A stretch of DNA of 63,795 nt, counting the filler, from Choristocarpus tenellus KU-1152 (lineage: Eukaryota; Protista; Phaeophyceae), in NCBI GenBank assembly GCA_964200185.2. It is 12 parts of 12 records of this genome, joined end to end, with 100 filler letters (N's around TTAATTAATTAA, not from the genome) between each part and the next. Parts side by side here need not be neighbours in the genome. Positions count along the whole stretch, not along the records: positions 46,491 to 50,354 come from CAXNAD020017510.1; positions 50,455 to 53,195 come from CAXNAD020025150.1; positions 53,296 to 60,959 come from CAXNAD020005789.1; positions 61,060 to 63,795 come from CAXNAD020025194.1; 8 more parts are not named here. One strand, 5' to 3'. The position numbers and the translations under genes are program-made. Of the stretch, positions 48,700 through 62,270 are shown one piece after another. The notes beneath the pieces were generated by a model. The model was not told the origin of the DNA. It saw only the letters and a program-made list of their open reading frames with translations, and made no database searches. The first letter of the stretch is position 1. Each line of letters begins with the position of its first letter.

Positions 48700-48831
48700 T
48701 AAATGCTTTGCATACAACACAGCTTGTTGACGACCATGTACGACACTGTACTGGTTCCACAGTTCTCCTCTCCCGCTATGGGCAAGGAGTTCAGCTCTGT
48801 GCTGTCCAGGACTTGTACCATCCTGGGCTTC

Positions 48832-50075
48832 ACCTGTTACAGGCGACTAGCACGAGCATTTCTTCTCGTGTTTTAGCAAACTCGAACGTTTGTGACAGAT
48901 GTATAGTGCGAGGATTGTTTCTCGCGTTCTAATAAGTGCGAACAATATACGATATTAGTAACACATAGATAGGTAGCCTTACAGAATAAATTATGATTTC
49001 ATAGAAGATACAGAGTAAGATTAGGAATGCATACGTAGCATTATAGAAGAAAATGCCAAAGTCCCTAAGAAGTTGCAGAATAAAGGTTTATGATTGGAGT
49101 ACGTGTAGAGCAGTTGCACAAAAGACCAAAGAAATTGGGTGGATGATGAAAATAATAAGAGGGCTTTTGGTTAACCCCTATTACCTACCAGTCTTACCTT
49201 TTTATCTTGAACGAAACTTTGAGTCGAGCTTTGAGCTAAGCATTTAATGTAATATTAAGAAGAGAAGGACACCTGACACCCTACAAACTGTTATCAAGGA
49301 CAACGCCCCCATAGCGTCGTTTTAAGGTCGTTGGATTTGAGTTGTACATCCTGTGGAGGTGAGTCCTGAGGGGCACGCTGTAACACACTAATGTTGTGAT
49401 CTTTCATGTACCTCCTCGCATGTTGAGGACTGTTGAGGAAATAGAATGTGCCCCAAAAATGCAATATTGTATTATGTGACACTGTTACAGCTCGCTCCAG
49501 AACTCACCTCCACAGGATGTGTAACTCAAATCCAATGACCTTAAAATGATGCTATGGAGACGTTGCCCTTAGTAACAGTTTGTCAGGTGTCAGACAGCCT
49601 TCTCTCGATACTCCACTCAGTGCGTGGCTCACAAAGCTCGACTCAATGTTTTGTTCAAGATAAAGACTGTTTTAAGGTGGCTGATGGTTTTGACCAAAAG
49701 CCCTTTTATTATTTTCATCATCCACCCGATTTCTTTGGTCTTCGATGCAACTGCTGTAAATGTGCTTCAATCATACACTTTTATTCTGCAACTTCTTAGG
49801 AACTTTGACGTTTTCTTCTGTAATGTTACGTATGCATTATAAATCTTACTCTGTATCTTCTAGGGAATCAGCATTTGTCCTGGAAGGCTACCAATGTGCT
49901 ACTAATCTCGTTACTGCTCGCGCTTGTTAGAACGCGAGAAGCAATGCTCGCTTGCCTGTAACAAAATGCTGCGTTTGCTAAAACATGATAAGAAATGCTC
50001 ATGCTATTCGCTTGTAACAGATGCTCGCGTTTGTTAGAACACGAGAAGAAATGCTCGCGCTATTTGCCTATAACA
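48832..50075. mobile_element. Foldback-like non-coding element: ~550-bp inverted arms around a ~70-bp loop, with subterminal tandem units
   Basis: The arms pair along their length. CTAAGAAGTTGCAGAATAAA (~49064) pairs with TTTATTCTGCAACTTCTTAG (~49780), and CATCCTGTGGAGGTGAGT (~49347) pairs with ACTCACCTCCACAGGATG (~49502). Another terminal unit starts at ~50290. Confidence 0.88.
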
Positions 50076-50496
50076 ACACCTCCTTGTCTGCGACGGTACA
50101 CACAGTACCAACTCTTCCACATCATCATCACCACTGACCTGCTGATTGTACGGAAGGTAAGTGCGAGATAATGCAGGGTGAGAAGATTTCTGGAGGAACA
50201 GAGGGCTACTTGACTGAGGACAAGAGTCCCTCCACACGACGGAGCAGGCTGCACTATTGGTGATAACAACCCTTGGGTACCACAGTATGTGTTACAGGCG
50301 AATAGCGTGAGCTTTTCTTCTTGTATTTCAACGAAGTGCAAACGTTTGTTACACNNNNNNNNNNNNNNNNNNNNNNNNNNNNNNNNNNNNNNNNNNNNTT
50401 AATTAATTAANNNNNNNNNNNNNNNNNNNNNNNNNNNNNNNNNNNNNNNNNNNNGGTGTAAGCATGTGGGTCTTTCCCAGGCGAGAATGGAGCTTT

Positions 50497-50672
50497 GGCT
50501 CAAAGTATATCTGGGGGGGGGGGGTTTACACCGGGGTGTCCATTCAGACCCTGACCAGGAAAGGTGTACTTACATATCCATCCGGTGCATGCAACCAAAT
50601 ACCCAAAAATCGCGATATGGAAATATGGGCCCCAAGTGGACAACCGCCGCCAACCTCCAAATACTTAGAGCC
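50497..50672 (-). mobile_element. MITE family A1, complete
   Basis: GGCTCAAAGTAT...AAATACTTAGAGCC, with TSD TTT/TTT. Confidence 0.9.
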
Positions 50673-51733
50673 TTTACATTAGTTATGCGATATTCAATTC
50701 CAAACGGAGGAAGTAGTGACTGTTGGAGCATGAGGACATGCATGTCCCCATGCTAGGAGAAAAACAATTCTTTACTTTCCTCATCGCTTACTCTCTACTT
50801 TCCTCTTCCCCTGAACTTTGTCATGCATTATCGGATAACTGTACTCCTGGATTTGATCAGTACCTCTATCTTCAAACAAATGACGACTGGTTTCAATAGA
50901 ACCCGCCATTACATGATAGACTTCAGCACATTCCCTTATAATTTCTTGAAGCTTGGTCTGTCATGAAGGGGTGGGTACAAAGAACCACCTCTATAACACA
51001 CAGGGTAGAGGGGGTGTTGCCCAGAGAGTCCCCACCTGCTTCATTAAGACGTTTATGCCAAAAGTTGCTACTTCCCATAAATCTACTTTGAATCCTTGGG
51101 CTTTCCAATCAATATCCCTTCCCCCACTTCCAAGTTCACCCACCATCTCCAAACCCTTAACTCCTATTATCCCCCCATCAGAAAAAAGCCGCCCTCCAAT
51201 ACCTCCTTCTAGACCAAACCCTCCCACTCCAGAGTCGTTGAAGAAATGTTGCAAGATCTGAGTACTGTTGTCAACCCTTTCTGACAACTGCTACTCGTTT
51301 TGTCTCATCCTTAGCAGCTGGAGTCCTATACCCATGATCAACTTGTGCACTATACGTGCCAGTTGCTGCTCAATTTCTTGTAAGGATCCCTGCACCCCTG
51401 GGAGAAGAGGATGATAATCTATCCGCTACCTCATCTGCCTGTCCTCTTCCTTCTCCTTCTATCCCTGGACCTGCTGCTTCTGCTTGTCCTAGGCATGGTG
51501 AGACATAACTTCTCCCGTGAAAATTCTTCCACCAAACCTCTCTCTCCGCCTTGCGGGTCCCCCCTACTCCTTACTTCCCCATTGCTTCATCCTGACCTTG
51601 ACCATATGTCATGCCCCTCCCCCTATCTAGGCCCCTCCCTCGCTTCCTAGCACATAGCTGTGGGTCTGCATGTCTTGGAGAAAGTTGATCAAAGTTGATA
51701 GAGGAAGGATCTCCCTACCAGACCAGTCCTGTA

Positions 51734-51915
51734 GGGTCAAAGTATCTGGGGGTGTGTGTGGCTTGTGAGGGGGCGCCCGTTTCGGTCAAACAACTCTTTT
51801 TTCCCCTGACATTTCAAATTCGATACGTGCGACCACATCACACCAAAAAAGTGAAAATCGAAAAAAGGGTGAAAAACGGACGCCAACACCCCCCCCCCTC
51901 CAGATACTTCGACCC
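51734..51915. mobile_element. MITE subfamily A2, complete (182 bp)
   Basis: TIRs GGGTCAAAGTATCTGG and CCAGATACTTCGACCC. The internal sequence differs from A1. Flanked by TGTA/TGTA. Confidence 0.85.
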
Positions 51916-54900
51916 TGTACCACGACCTGATTTTTGTGTGTTTGTGTATCCAACCTCCTCATGTGGTCAATCTCCATTTATTTCTGGACGAGAATATCTC
52001 ATGCCCTAACTACTCCTCCACGTATTGTATGATCCCCTAATCAATCCCTACTACGACGTCACGAATTTCATCCACATATACATGAAACTCAGGTTCTTCT
52101 AAGCCTTCAGGCTCAAAGTATCTGGGGGGGGTGGCAGCTGTCAATTTGGGAATTACTTGATATATACAGAAATATATGGAAATCTTTTTGTATGTTAGTG
52201 GGTATCATAATGTACGTATATATACAGTTAATTCGTATACATACATATTTCAGATCAAACATACTTAGTATCAATCAAGACAATAATTAAGGATCGACCT
52301 TGTAAAAAAACTATTGCAACGAAGAGTAGTCCGAATTTATGTGACGTTCTGTTGTGAATACAAAGAGGTATGGTTTTAGACGCCAAATAGGTTACGCTTT
52401 TAGAGTTTTTGTAGTATATCTTCAATGAGGTTGTATCAGTAGCATCACACTTTGTGGCAATCGTATTTTTTTTCACTGGAACGCCACAAGAGTTATACGA
52501 CAATGTATATATCAAATGAAAGGATATAACAAGAGCTTTTGAAGAATTGTATTCACGAATGTCCAGGCTTCGGAGAACAGGAGCTATGTCCCGATCAAAG
52601 AATGGCAAAAACGCGGGGGAATATCTCCGCCACAATTTTGAAGGTCACGACTTCAAAAGAGACAAAAATGAAGTGGTTGGCTGAATTTCTTGCAAAAAAC
52701 TGGTATGGGGTATGTCACTGCCAAAGTTTGGTCCATGTGGCGATACCGAAAAAAAAACTCAAGATTTCCGGACATCTTTTTGACTCCTTTTGGAGACTTT
52801 CTGTGAGCACACACACGCGTGACTTACCCAGCAACATGAACCATGACGGTGAGACAAGGAGAGCCGCCGAGGTCACTCTGCCCCCTGGATCTACCCTCGG
52901 CACCTTCCCTGTCGAGAGGTGACGGAAATGCAAGTACCGTATGAAACTCAGTGCAATGTTAGGTGACCAGGAATTGCGAGTAGTGTGGCGCAGCAGCATG
53001 ATGATCAAATCACGAAATGGATCATGGGGCCTCGACACTGATGCTGAGAGAAGAGGCATGGAAAGCATTACCATACAAATGTGGTTGGATCTTCAACCAC
53101 TGTAGAGTACTGCTCTGCAGTCTCTGCCACCTCGGGAAAGCAGGGAGAGAGCGGCGAGTCCATCGCCAGGTGGTACAGGGACGAAGTCTGTGGGGNNNNN
53201 NNNNNNNNNNNNNNNNNNNNNNNNNNNNNNNNNNNNNNNTTAATTAATTAANNNNNNNNNNNNNNNNNNNNNNNNNNNNNNNNNNNNNNNNNNNNTTAAA
53301 AGAGTTGAACTGCTGAAAAGGGGGAAATAAAAAGCGGGTGGGGGTTGGGTGTGGGGGGGGGGGGGGTGAGGAAATGGCATCTAAAAAGAGGAAGTAGGCA
53401 AAAAAAAAAATGGTGCATGGCTTGCTGCAATATCCCTTCCAATGGGCATCTAGCCAAGGTGGTAGGAGATGGTGTTTTGGTCTTGTTTTGGTCTTGTTTT
53501 GGTCTTGGTTGAATGTTGAATGACATTGAGCCATATCTTTCGATTGATTGAACGATGAATGATCAATGATCAATGATGAGTGGTGAATGATGCAACTGTA
53601 GGCAATACATCCATTCCCTTTTTCAGTCATACAAACCACAAGTCTTTCCTCCGCTCAACCACTTGTGAACATCTTCCTTCAAACCAGCGTGCCGCACGTG
53701 GTCACTCAGACCTGATCCCCACCCCTCTACATCTTCTACCTCCTTCTCAGTAAGTGCCACAATTTAGCAAGAGAGACATTCACACTCCAGAGCTCAACCT
53801 ATTCAAAGTAAGATGCTCAAATACTAACCTATAAACATCAAACTGCTGACCATTATATATCTCCCAGTTGTGTTGAGCACACTTAAAAACATACCTCCTT
53901 GCAGAACTTGCAGGGTAGACCTGGTTGATAGGACTTTCTCCAGGACAGTGTTGTCTCTAACTGGGCTTGAGCTCCAGCAATATTCCCCTCATTGGCAACA
54001 AGGAACCTGCCTTGGTAAATGATTTAACTGTAGAAATTTGTGTTGGGGGGATGAATCCATTGAACTGTTGCTTACACAACCACTACAGTGGCCATGAACA
54101 ACAGCACCACTGCAATGTAAACATTTACACATTACATGAAACGAACATGTCTGCCAGCGTGAGACAGAAAAAGTGCATCCATGCCCTAACCCTAACACAA
54201 AATACAAAACACAATGCTTGCTGGTGGTCTCAGTAGCCATGACAAGGATCCTCACATGTCCTAGTGGAGAGGACACATGCGCTTGACTAGATAAACAAAT
54301 CACACCCCACCTGTCTTGTACAGGGCATGCTAAGACTACTCACACAGAGGTTTCAAGTTGTAGAAGGGCAAGAGGCCTTTCAAGGACATCTACCGGTCCA
54401 TATTTCATGTTTGCAAACACATCCCCCTTTTAACACAGGAAAAATATGTAACATCCTTCCAAGTCATGAATTGCAATGATTTTATGAAATCATTATCTGT
54501 ACATATTATAGTCAATGATGCCAAGGTTAGAATAAGATGTAGAGGTTTGGGTATGTTAACTGTATGCTACTTTCTCAAAATAAGAACAGTCAATAAATTG
54601 GCGTAAATGCTACTTTTCGTACCATGCCCCCTACCCTCCATTCTGCTCATCCTTTTTACATGATTAGTCTTGGCACGACGTATTACCCAGGCCTAGATCT
54701 TCAAAGGGTATCTTACATACTTCTCCACTCCCAGGATAACGGGAAGTGAGGACAAGCCTCAAAACAGAGTACAATTTTCACTACTTGTACATGGAATGTA
54801 CCCTGTCGCCAACCCTGATTTCGTGGCAATGGTCAGGTGACTGATCTGGCGGATGCCCATTCTGATGCAGAGGTCATCACAAGGATTAAGGTCACTCCTG

Positions 54901-54952
54901 CATCCATTCCGTTCAGGATACAGACACCACAGAACATCACGTCCTAACTAAC

Positions 54953-57900
54953 CTCATCAGTGTGCGTTCTGTGGCATAGCTTTGGTCGTAGTCAGGGTGG
55001 GCAGAGATCAGGGATTCCAATTTCTCGAGCTTGGGCCTTAGAGCAGACAGTGTAGAAGTTGAGCCATTCCTTTCTAACTCATCCTGGGGTAAAATCGATG
55101 TCAATTTTATGGACAAAGGGGGCAAGGGACGACCAAGGATTGCACGTAAGCACCATCATCAGGAGGAGAGATGTTACCTCGCTTGTCAACCACAGAATAT
55201 GGATGAGTCGTCCTTGAGGTGACCTTATCTCAAGGCAGAACTTAGGTCTCAACTCTTACCTAAGCGATAAACCAGGTTTAAAAGATGCACACCAGACCCA
55301 AGTGAGTGAGCGGAAAAGTACGATATCCTCACTAGGATGGAAAGGACTTGCAGATGAAAAAGCAGCAAAAGCTTAGAAGGAGTTTATTTCTACATCGGAG
55401 ATATTACCATTAGTAGCGAAGACAACAAAGAGGGGTGGGTGGCACAATCTACTTGTTGTGTGGTGATATTCCGAGCATGTCCCAGGATAGAATAGGTCTG
55501 AGATTCATTGGGGAGCTTTGGGTGGGAAAGTAGATATTCAAAACGCAATGGTATCACTCCCCTGACGATAAAATGCGGAATAAGTTCAGAGGTAAACACA
55601 ATAGGGTGTTTCTGATCTTGCAAACTTCTGTTGTAAATGACATATTTTTGCCTCCTCTTTACTCTCTCAGCGTCAGATCCTCACCGCCGTCATCGCACTA
55701 CTTGTGCAAAGTGTTTAGCACTCCACAGTCTTTACAGTCTTTACCACTGATGGTCACACAGGTTATGGTCTTCAAATGTAGATTTCGCAGATGATTCCAA
55801 ATTACCAAAGTATCTGTTTGGGTTCAACGTCATCATCTCAACTATACAACAATAAAATAAAAAATATACAACAAGTACAGTGTTGACAGTCACCTCAAAA
55901 GCTAAACAACGATCAGCCTATCAGCCTATCGAATGAAAGGTATTTTGATCTAAGGTATCGATTTCGGGAAAGGAATTCTTTCGGAAAATTATTTTGGTAA
56001 GGTTAAATTTTTACCGAATGTTTTCGACACAACCTTCAAAATGTTTCGGAATAAATTATCGCAACCAAACATATTTTTCCGAAATATTTCCTTTGCATTA
56101 ATCGATAGCCTAGATGCAGACCTTTCATTTGATATGCTGATCGTCGATTAACTCGTTGAGCAACCTTTTCAAACAAATCAAGATTGGTAACCAAAGCGGT
56201 ATGTAGGCGGACCTCGGCATAATACTTTTTAAGCCATTCACAGGGCACTGTGATGCACAATGAGGTCCGAGTTGTCCCCTACCCTCACAGGAAACTGTGA
56301 ATTGAACCTGATAGGGATGGTGTGGGGGTGGGCGAAGCACTATGTACGAGGCCACTCACTGTGACTACACGTTGCCTGGAATGAGAGCCAACGTTCCTGT
56401 CAGTCTTAAGAAGGAAGAATGGGGGCTGTCCAGATAATTGTGGAGAGGTTCTTCGGGATGAGTATTCCTTACCACCACCTGATATATTCCGAGAAACGCA
56501 GGGAGTGCATCAAATTGGACAGAGTGCACAAGACATTTTCGTCTTACAGGAGGCTTGTACGTTCAGAATACCTAATTTGACTTAGCATGGATTGTCTGGT
56601 TCAGAGGCCTGGGCCCCCATGAGTGAGCCTTAGCCAGCAGGTGACAAACATTCCATAAACAGGAAATAATGGAAAGAGAATAGAGAGACAACAACGCCCA
56701 TGCTCTCCAGGTGAAGATGCCCTCCATTGGCGTCAAAATCATCCTTGAATACACATTTCGCGCGCACAGCTTGGCACCCCGCGTAAACCACGCGCGCGAA
56801 CTACTTGATTTGAGTATGGTCCTGTAGTTCTCATGATTACTGGAAGTTGAATAACCGAGACCCATCAAATAAGGTTAACCATCCTGATGTGATTACAACA
56901 AAGAAATTTTCAAAAAAAATGTTGATCAAAAGTTATGTTACGACAAAATTGTAGGATGCAAGGCGACTGAGAACACTGTAGTGCCACATAGCACTACAAA
57001 CATGAGTTGTGGCGTTCCACAGTATTTTAAAATTAGTATTTTCGAGGTTTTGGGGGATGATGGTTGTTACAGGAACTCTACCCCAATGCCCAACTCAAAC
57101 TTCGACTGAGTATCAAAAAGGATCATGAAGCCACTACTAACACAGCGACCTTATGCACTATCGCTAGCCCTTCTTGTCAATTTGAATCTCGCAGAGATCG
57201 TCAAACGATACCCATTTGCTTCCGGCTCGGCAATACCAGCTTTTGTTTGTCCTCAACATGTCAAACTGGGGTTGAGGAATCAATATGTGTCCGCACCGTT
57301 GAGATCTCCTGAATGTCGCACTGATCCATTCAAAGGAGTCCTTTTAGGAATGGCACAACCCAAGAGGTACTGTGACGTGGTGTGCCAGTCTTTGGTGGTT
57401 ATGATTGTATCGTGGACATAATGCCTGCCCTTCCGATATCATCCAAACGCGAACAGAGAGGGTAGTTTGGATCCTTTTGACAACAGTTTACCATTGTCCC
57501 ATTAGTCAATTGTTATATCAGTAGATGGAGAAATACAAGGAAATTGTTTTGTCATCTCTCTTTTAGTAGACAGGGATTAGTGACTGCAATCTTGCCATCC
57601 ACTCTGATAGCGCAATCGTCATGGCACACAATGCCCACTCAGAGGTGGACGGTAACGATACATCACAGCTGATTACGAGCTCAAGAACTTTCAAGCACTA
57701 TTGTGATACGGCCCTCGCACCCTTGGACGTGATAGACAAACTATTGTCGTGGCGCTCCAGCCCACTGTAAGCCTTTCGAATCCACCAAGCCCAACATCGA
57801 AAAATCGGGGTTTTGACTGCTAACTCCCCGTCCTCCTTCCAACCCCCCCTCCCTGGCTATCTCACTTGATTAGGGCAAGGAGGAGGCGAGTTGCCGATTG

Positions 57901-58021
57901 GAGTACAGCTGGCACTTCCCTGTTAGAGGCGTCTACAGATGCAAGAGAGATTGAGTCGGTACCTGTGCAGTACCCACCATTACCAGTAGGTGGTGTAACT
58001 GCGTTTGACCGGATGGTGTCT
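54953..58021 (-). CDS. Candidate exons of an unidentified gene (58021-57866 and 55083-54953)
   Basis: Open AG/GT-bounded segments (DTIRSNAVTPP...VLQSATRLLLALI; DELERNGSTSTLSALRPKLEKLESLISAHPDYDQSYATERTLM). They are not directly phase-compatible and no family is recognised. Confidence 0.3.
55899..56154. mobile_element. Hairpin-type MITE (family D), ~255 bp, long imperfect inverted arms
   Basis: ACGATCAGCCTATC...GAATGAAAGG...ATCGAT...TTCGGAAAA pairs with TTTTCCGAA...ATCGAT...CCTTTCATTTGATATGCTGATCGT. Confidence 0.72.
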
Positions 58022-61000
58022 CTTTTCACGGCAACCAACACAAAGAAAGTGAGGAGCAATAACTGTAGCTGAGAGGAAGATGTTTAGAATGCAAGCTTTC
58101 TCTCCTGATAAAGTAGTGGTCGTACCTCGCCTCTTTCACATTATACAGAGTATGTGCAATGTCTGTGCTTCTTACCATTTGCTCTAAGCTGTCCTGGGGG
58201 GGGTTGAGATCTTAGGCCATGAGGGGCTTATTGCGAAGACGTGTCCAGGCTTGTCCTTGTTGAGAATGCAGTAACCATTGCTAAGATACATTCTGTGTTG
58301 TTCATCTCTCTCTCTTCTGATCAGAGACTACTCCCTTGTTGTGATCAATTGAGTATTTATTCCCCAAGTCAATCAAGAAGATATTGACTGGAAGTGCATG
58401 AACACTGATAGCAGTGTCCCCGCAATTGACATACTGAGTACATACATACATACGATTGATGTTGTGCGATACTTGAAGACACTAGTTCAATAATGTAGGC
58501 CAAGAAACCTATTGCTCCAAAGTATTGGTTTTGGGGTAGTTTTTCTCAGACAAGAGTGGATTCCATTCCATAATCCCCAACCTTAAACCCTCTTTGCCAC
58601 TACCCCCTAGCCCTTCCCTTGCAGCACCACCTCAAATGACGTATGGTTATGGTTTGGGGTATAGCGGCATTCAACAAACTGTTGATGATACAATCTAATC
58701 CTTCAAAGTACTGCATTCTCTCACCATACCATTCTAAAGTGTCACACCTCTGATCTATTTCCTTTCCGTAACAGCAGAAATTTGCTGGCATTGCTCCATT
58801 TTCCAGCACTTTGGTTCCGACAAAGTCAGTTTCAGTTTCAGTAAGTAATGTTTGGAAAGATGAGAAAAAAATGATCATATATAGAACATGTGATGTAAGT
58901 CTGACACTGCAAGAAGATTTTGAGTGTCGCATTGAGCCAACATGTTAAATATATATATAAACAGGTATACTCTACTGTGCAGGGAATAACCCTACCCCCT
59001 CGATCTTGGCATGTCTCAACAACTCAGAAACTAATCTTCCCCCCAACCCCCACCCCCTGTTCTAAACTCAGTTGGGTGTGTGGGTGATGTTCTTTCTATT
59101 AGTGTCTCGAATGAAGGCCTTCTATGGTGTAATGCTTGGCACCTTCATGCTTAGCTACATGGGAAACACAGTTGTTGGATGGGGAATGGAGAAGGGCAAT
59201 ACTGCTCTGAAGAAGTGAGCATGCCCTTGCTTGTTGTGGATGAACGCCAGGGGGGGCGAGGAGGATGGAAGTCGTTCCCAAACTTTACACCACAGAAGTG
59301 TTGATTGATGGAGGGGTTGCCGCTATGAATATATTTGATCCTCAGCTTTAGTGTGGACTCAATGGAGAGAGTAGTGAAGTATGAGGATGAAAGCAGGCTG
59401 TTGGTGTAGGATGGCATAAGTCATTGTATCAATCAAGATCATACCCAAATAGACAAGAAGGTATCCTTGCCTACCCCTACCCCATCCCACCTTTCCACTC
59501 CCTTCTCATGTGCCCCCTTTTTTCTCTATCTTGTTTTTATTTATTGATACTCTTTGATGCGAGATACTCCTTCCTTTTGGGAAGGTTTTGTTTGAGATGA
59601 GGCGGTAGGTATCTGAGGAGGTACAGTACATTATGTCTTCATGGTCAGATGCTTTCAAATGCAATTATTTGTTTTTGGGGCAGGAGGGTAAAATATATGG
59701 TCAAATTTGGGTTGCATTCTGCTGTGCAGTGGGGGGTGGGGGTTCCTTTTGCTTCTCTTTGATGATCCTTTGAACTAGGTGGGTACCATATGTCCAGATA
59801 CTTCAACACAGTGTTTATTCTTCACAAGGAACATATTCCGTAAGAGTTGGTTAGGGTTAGGATTAAGTTTAGGGTGAATAGATTGATGCTTTCTGAGGCA
59901 TTTCATTTTATCTTGTTGACTGATCCAAGAACATGTGAAAAAAATGTTTGTGCATCAGTTGTGAGTTCGATTTCTACACAATTTGGAAGTATTTTGTAGG
60001 TTGTTGATATCATACACGGTGTGGTACGTAAGTTTATACAAAATGCTTCAAAGGAGTGTGTCTTGTAAATCAATCACTACTGAATAAATGTGTTGTTGCC
60101 TTCCAAATTTATTTAACTTTGTTTGTGTTGCTCGTTTTTGTTACAGGGTTCAGTTCTGACCTGTACTTTCAGTCGGGAGTGGGGCAATGAGCAATGTTTA
60201 AAAAAAGCTTTTGTCAAAATGATCCTTCCTCTGTTTTGCATCGATTCAATCAGTTTGCAGGGGACGTTTTGCTTCTGGAATACTGGTAAACTTACATAAA
60301 AGTCCCTCACATGAGGATTGGTTCTTGTAGATTAAGTTGGATTTTTCTGATATTTTAGGGTAAACATCACAATGGATTTTTGGAAGATCCCCATCAAAAA
60401 TGGTGAAAAATTGACACCATGTTGTGCAGGTATAGCCTGCCCCTCAAAATGTTAGAACTGATGCTGAACAGAGAAGTATTGACAAGCTCTTTCTATTTGC
60501 AGTTCTTCCTATCGATTGCCACACAAACATGTGATGCTCTCCTTTCTACTGCTTGTAAACCTTGTAGTGGGTTGGTTGGACACCTTTTTTTTAATTTTTT
60601 GAGTTCATGTAACGTGTGAATAACATGTGAATAACACAGGTCGAGTTTGCCGGTGAAGAGCCTACCCAGACGTCTGTATGCTGTGGCATACATGGTACTC
60701 CTGATGACCGCACTAACCTTGGTGTCGATTCTTACAGTGCCTCGCCTCAATGTGAGTGGGCACTAAGAATTAAGCACGATCATGGCTTCACCCCATCATA
60801 GCCCAGAGAAGTAGGAGAGCCTGTAGAGTTGTCACTATGCATTGCAGTAGTAGTAGTAGCAGTTGTGGTAGTAGTCGCAGTCATAGGGGAGCGCATTGAA
60901 CAAAATGTTATAGCATGACTGACCCAAAGTATCTGGGGGGGGAGGGGGGTCTACACCAGNNNNNNNNNNNNNNNNNNNNNNNNNNNNNNNNNNNNNNNNN

Positions 61001-61510
61001 NNNTTAATTAATTAANNNNNNNNNNNNNNNNNNNNNNNNNNNNNNNNNNNNNNNNNNNNGGACACCCTGGTGTAGTCCCCCCCCCCCCCTCCCAGATACT
61101 TCGGGTCAGAACATATGCCGTGTGTTTTGTACAATTGCAGGAGGAGCCTTTGCTGAATTTTGGTGTCACTTTGTGTGCAGAAAGAGGGAGTGTAACGATT
61201 TTGCGTACACTATTGTATGCAAAAATAAACGAACTAGATTAGATTCAGTACAAATGCAAGAAAGATAGCTTAGAGTGCAAAATGGTCCAACCTGCCAATC
61301 TCTCCATTGGTTTGGCTCTTTGTGAAATGCACCCCAAGTCTGTACCTGTTCAAACAAAAGAGAACCGCTAAGTGGCCCCTGGCACCCCCTAACCGACGGT
61401 CGAATCTCTGAGGCAAGGAACACAACCGAAATGAATCTCCGAAATGATTGAGTATTAACAAGTACATCGAGCGCGCTGTTCCTGAGCACAAGTCCGTAGC
61501 GTAGTTAAGT

Positions 61511-61779
61511 GAGTCAAAGTAAGCGAGAGGTACCCAGGGTTGCGTTTGAAGGATTCTGACACCTATGTGCCTATTTCGGAATTTTATACAAGTGTGTGTC
61601 GGGAATTTTTCAAAATTATTCTGTCGAAAGATTTTCGAACAATAGAAAAAAATCAACACTTTCAAATCAATTTTAGTGCTTCGCTTATAGAAATATGGGG
61701 GAATTGCCGAAGATAAAACAAAAAGTGGGTGAAGGTGTAAAACGACCAAAACCTGGATACATCTCGTTTACTTTGACTC
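61511..61779 (+). mobile_element. MITE family C, complete (269 bp)
   Basis: TIRs GAGTCAAAGTAAGCGAGAGGTACCCAGG and CCTGGATACATCTCGTTTACTTTGACTC, with TSD AGT/AGT. Confidence 0.9.
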
Positions 61780-62029
61780 AGTACTGTGAACAGCACTATT
61801 TAGCTCTAAGACATTAAAACTGCCCCCTGGTCCCCCTTGAACAAATATCTAGCTAGCCAGAATCGTGTCAAGGCAAAAGCTTCGAATATGACAGGGCTTA
61901 GGATGTGGGAGACATTTGTACAGAAATCATATTTTGCTCAATGGAACACTTGATTGACACCTTGAGGATTCATTCACCCTGCAACGTCCTCTGCACTATC
62001 AACACTAGCTGTTATTGTCACCATTGTTG

Positions 62030-62260
62030 GTATTACTACTGATATATTTTTACATTTATTGTTACTGCTATTGGTGTTGGTAGTACTATTACTATTACTA
62101 GTACTAGTACTAGTGCTATTTCTATTTCCAATCCATTACTATTACTATTACTATTACTATTGCTACTACTGTTGACTATAAATTTTTCTATTAGTACTAT
62201 CTCTACTACTATTACCATTGCTATTACGATCGCTATTGCAATAACTATCCATACTACTGT
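62030..62260. repeat. Degenerate trinucleotide (TAC/TAT/TGC) microsatellite in a kinase intron
   Basis: Runs such as TACTATTACTATTACTATTACTATTGCTACTACT. Confidence 0.85.
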
Positions 62261-62270
62261 TAACACAAAC

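Noticed and set aside
50900-51650. Gly-rich ORF 50991-51287 as a host gene or DIRS gag-pol piece
   Set aside because: Surrounded by stops, with no splice support and no unambiguous motif.
61260-61345. Next kinase exon carrying the DFG motif
   Set aside because: A good acceptor is present, but the phase-0 frame gives VQTWGAF with no DFG, so it was not assigned to the kinase.
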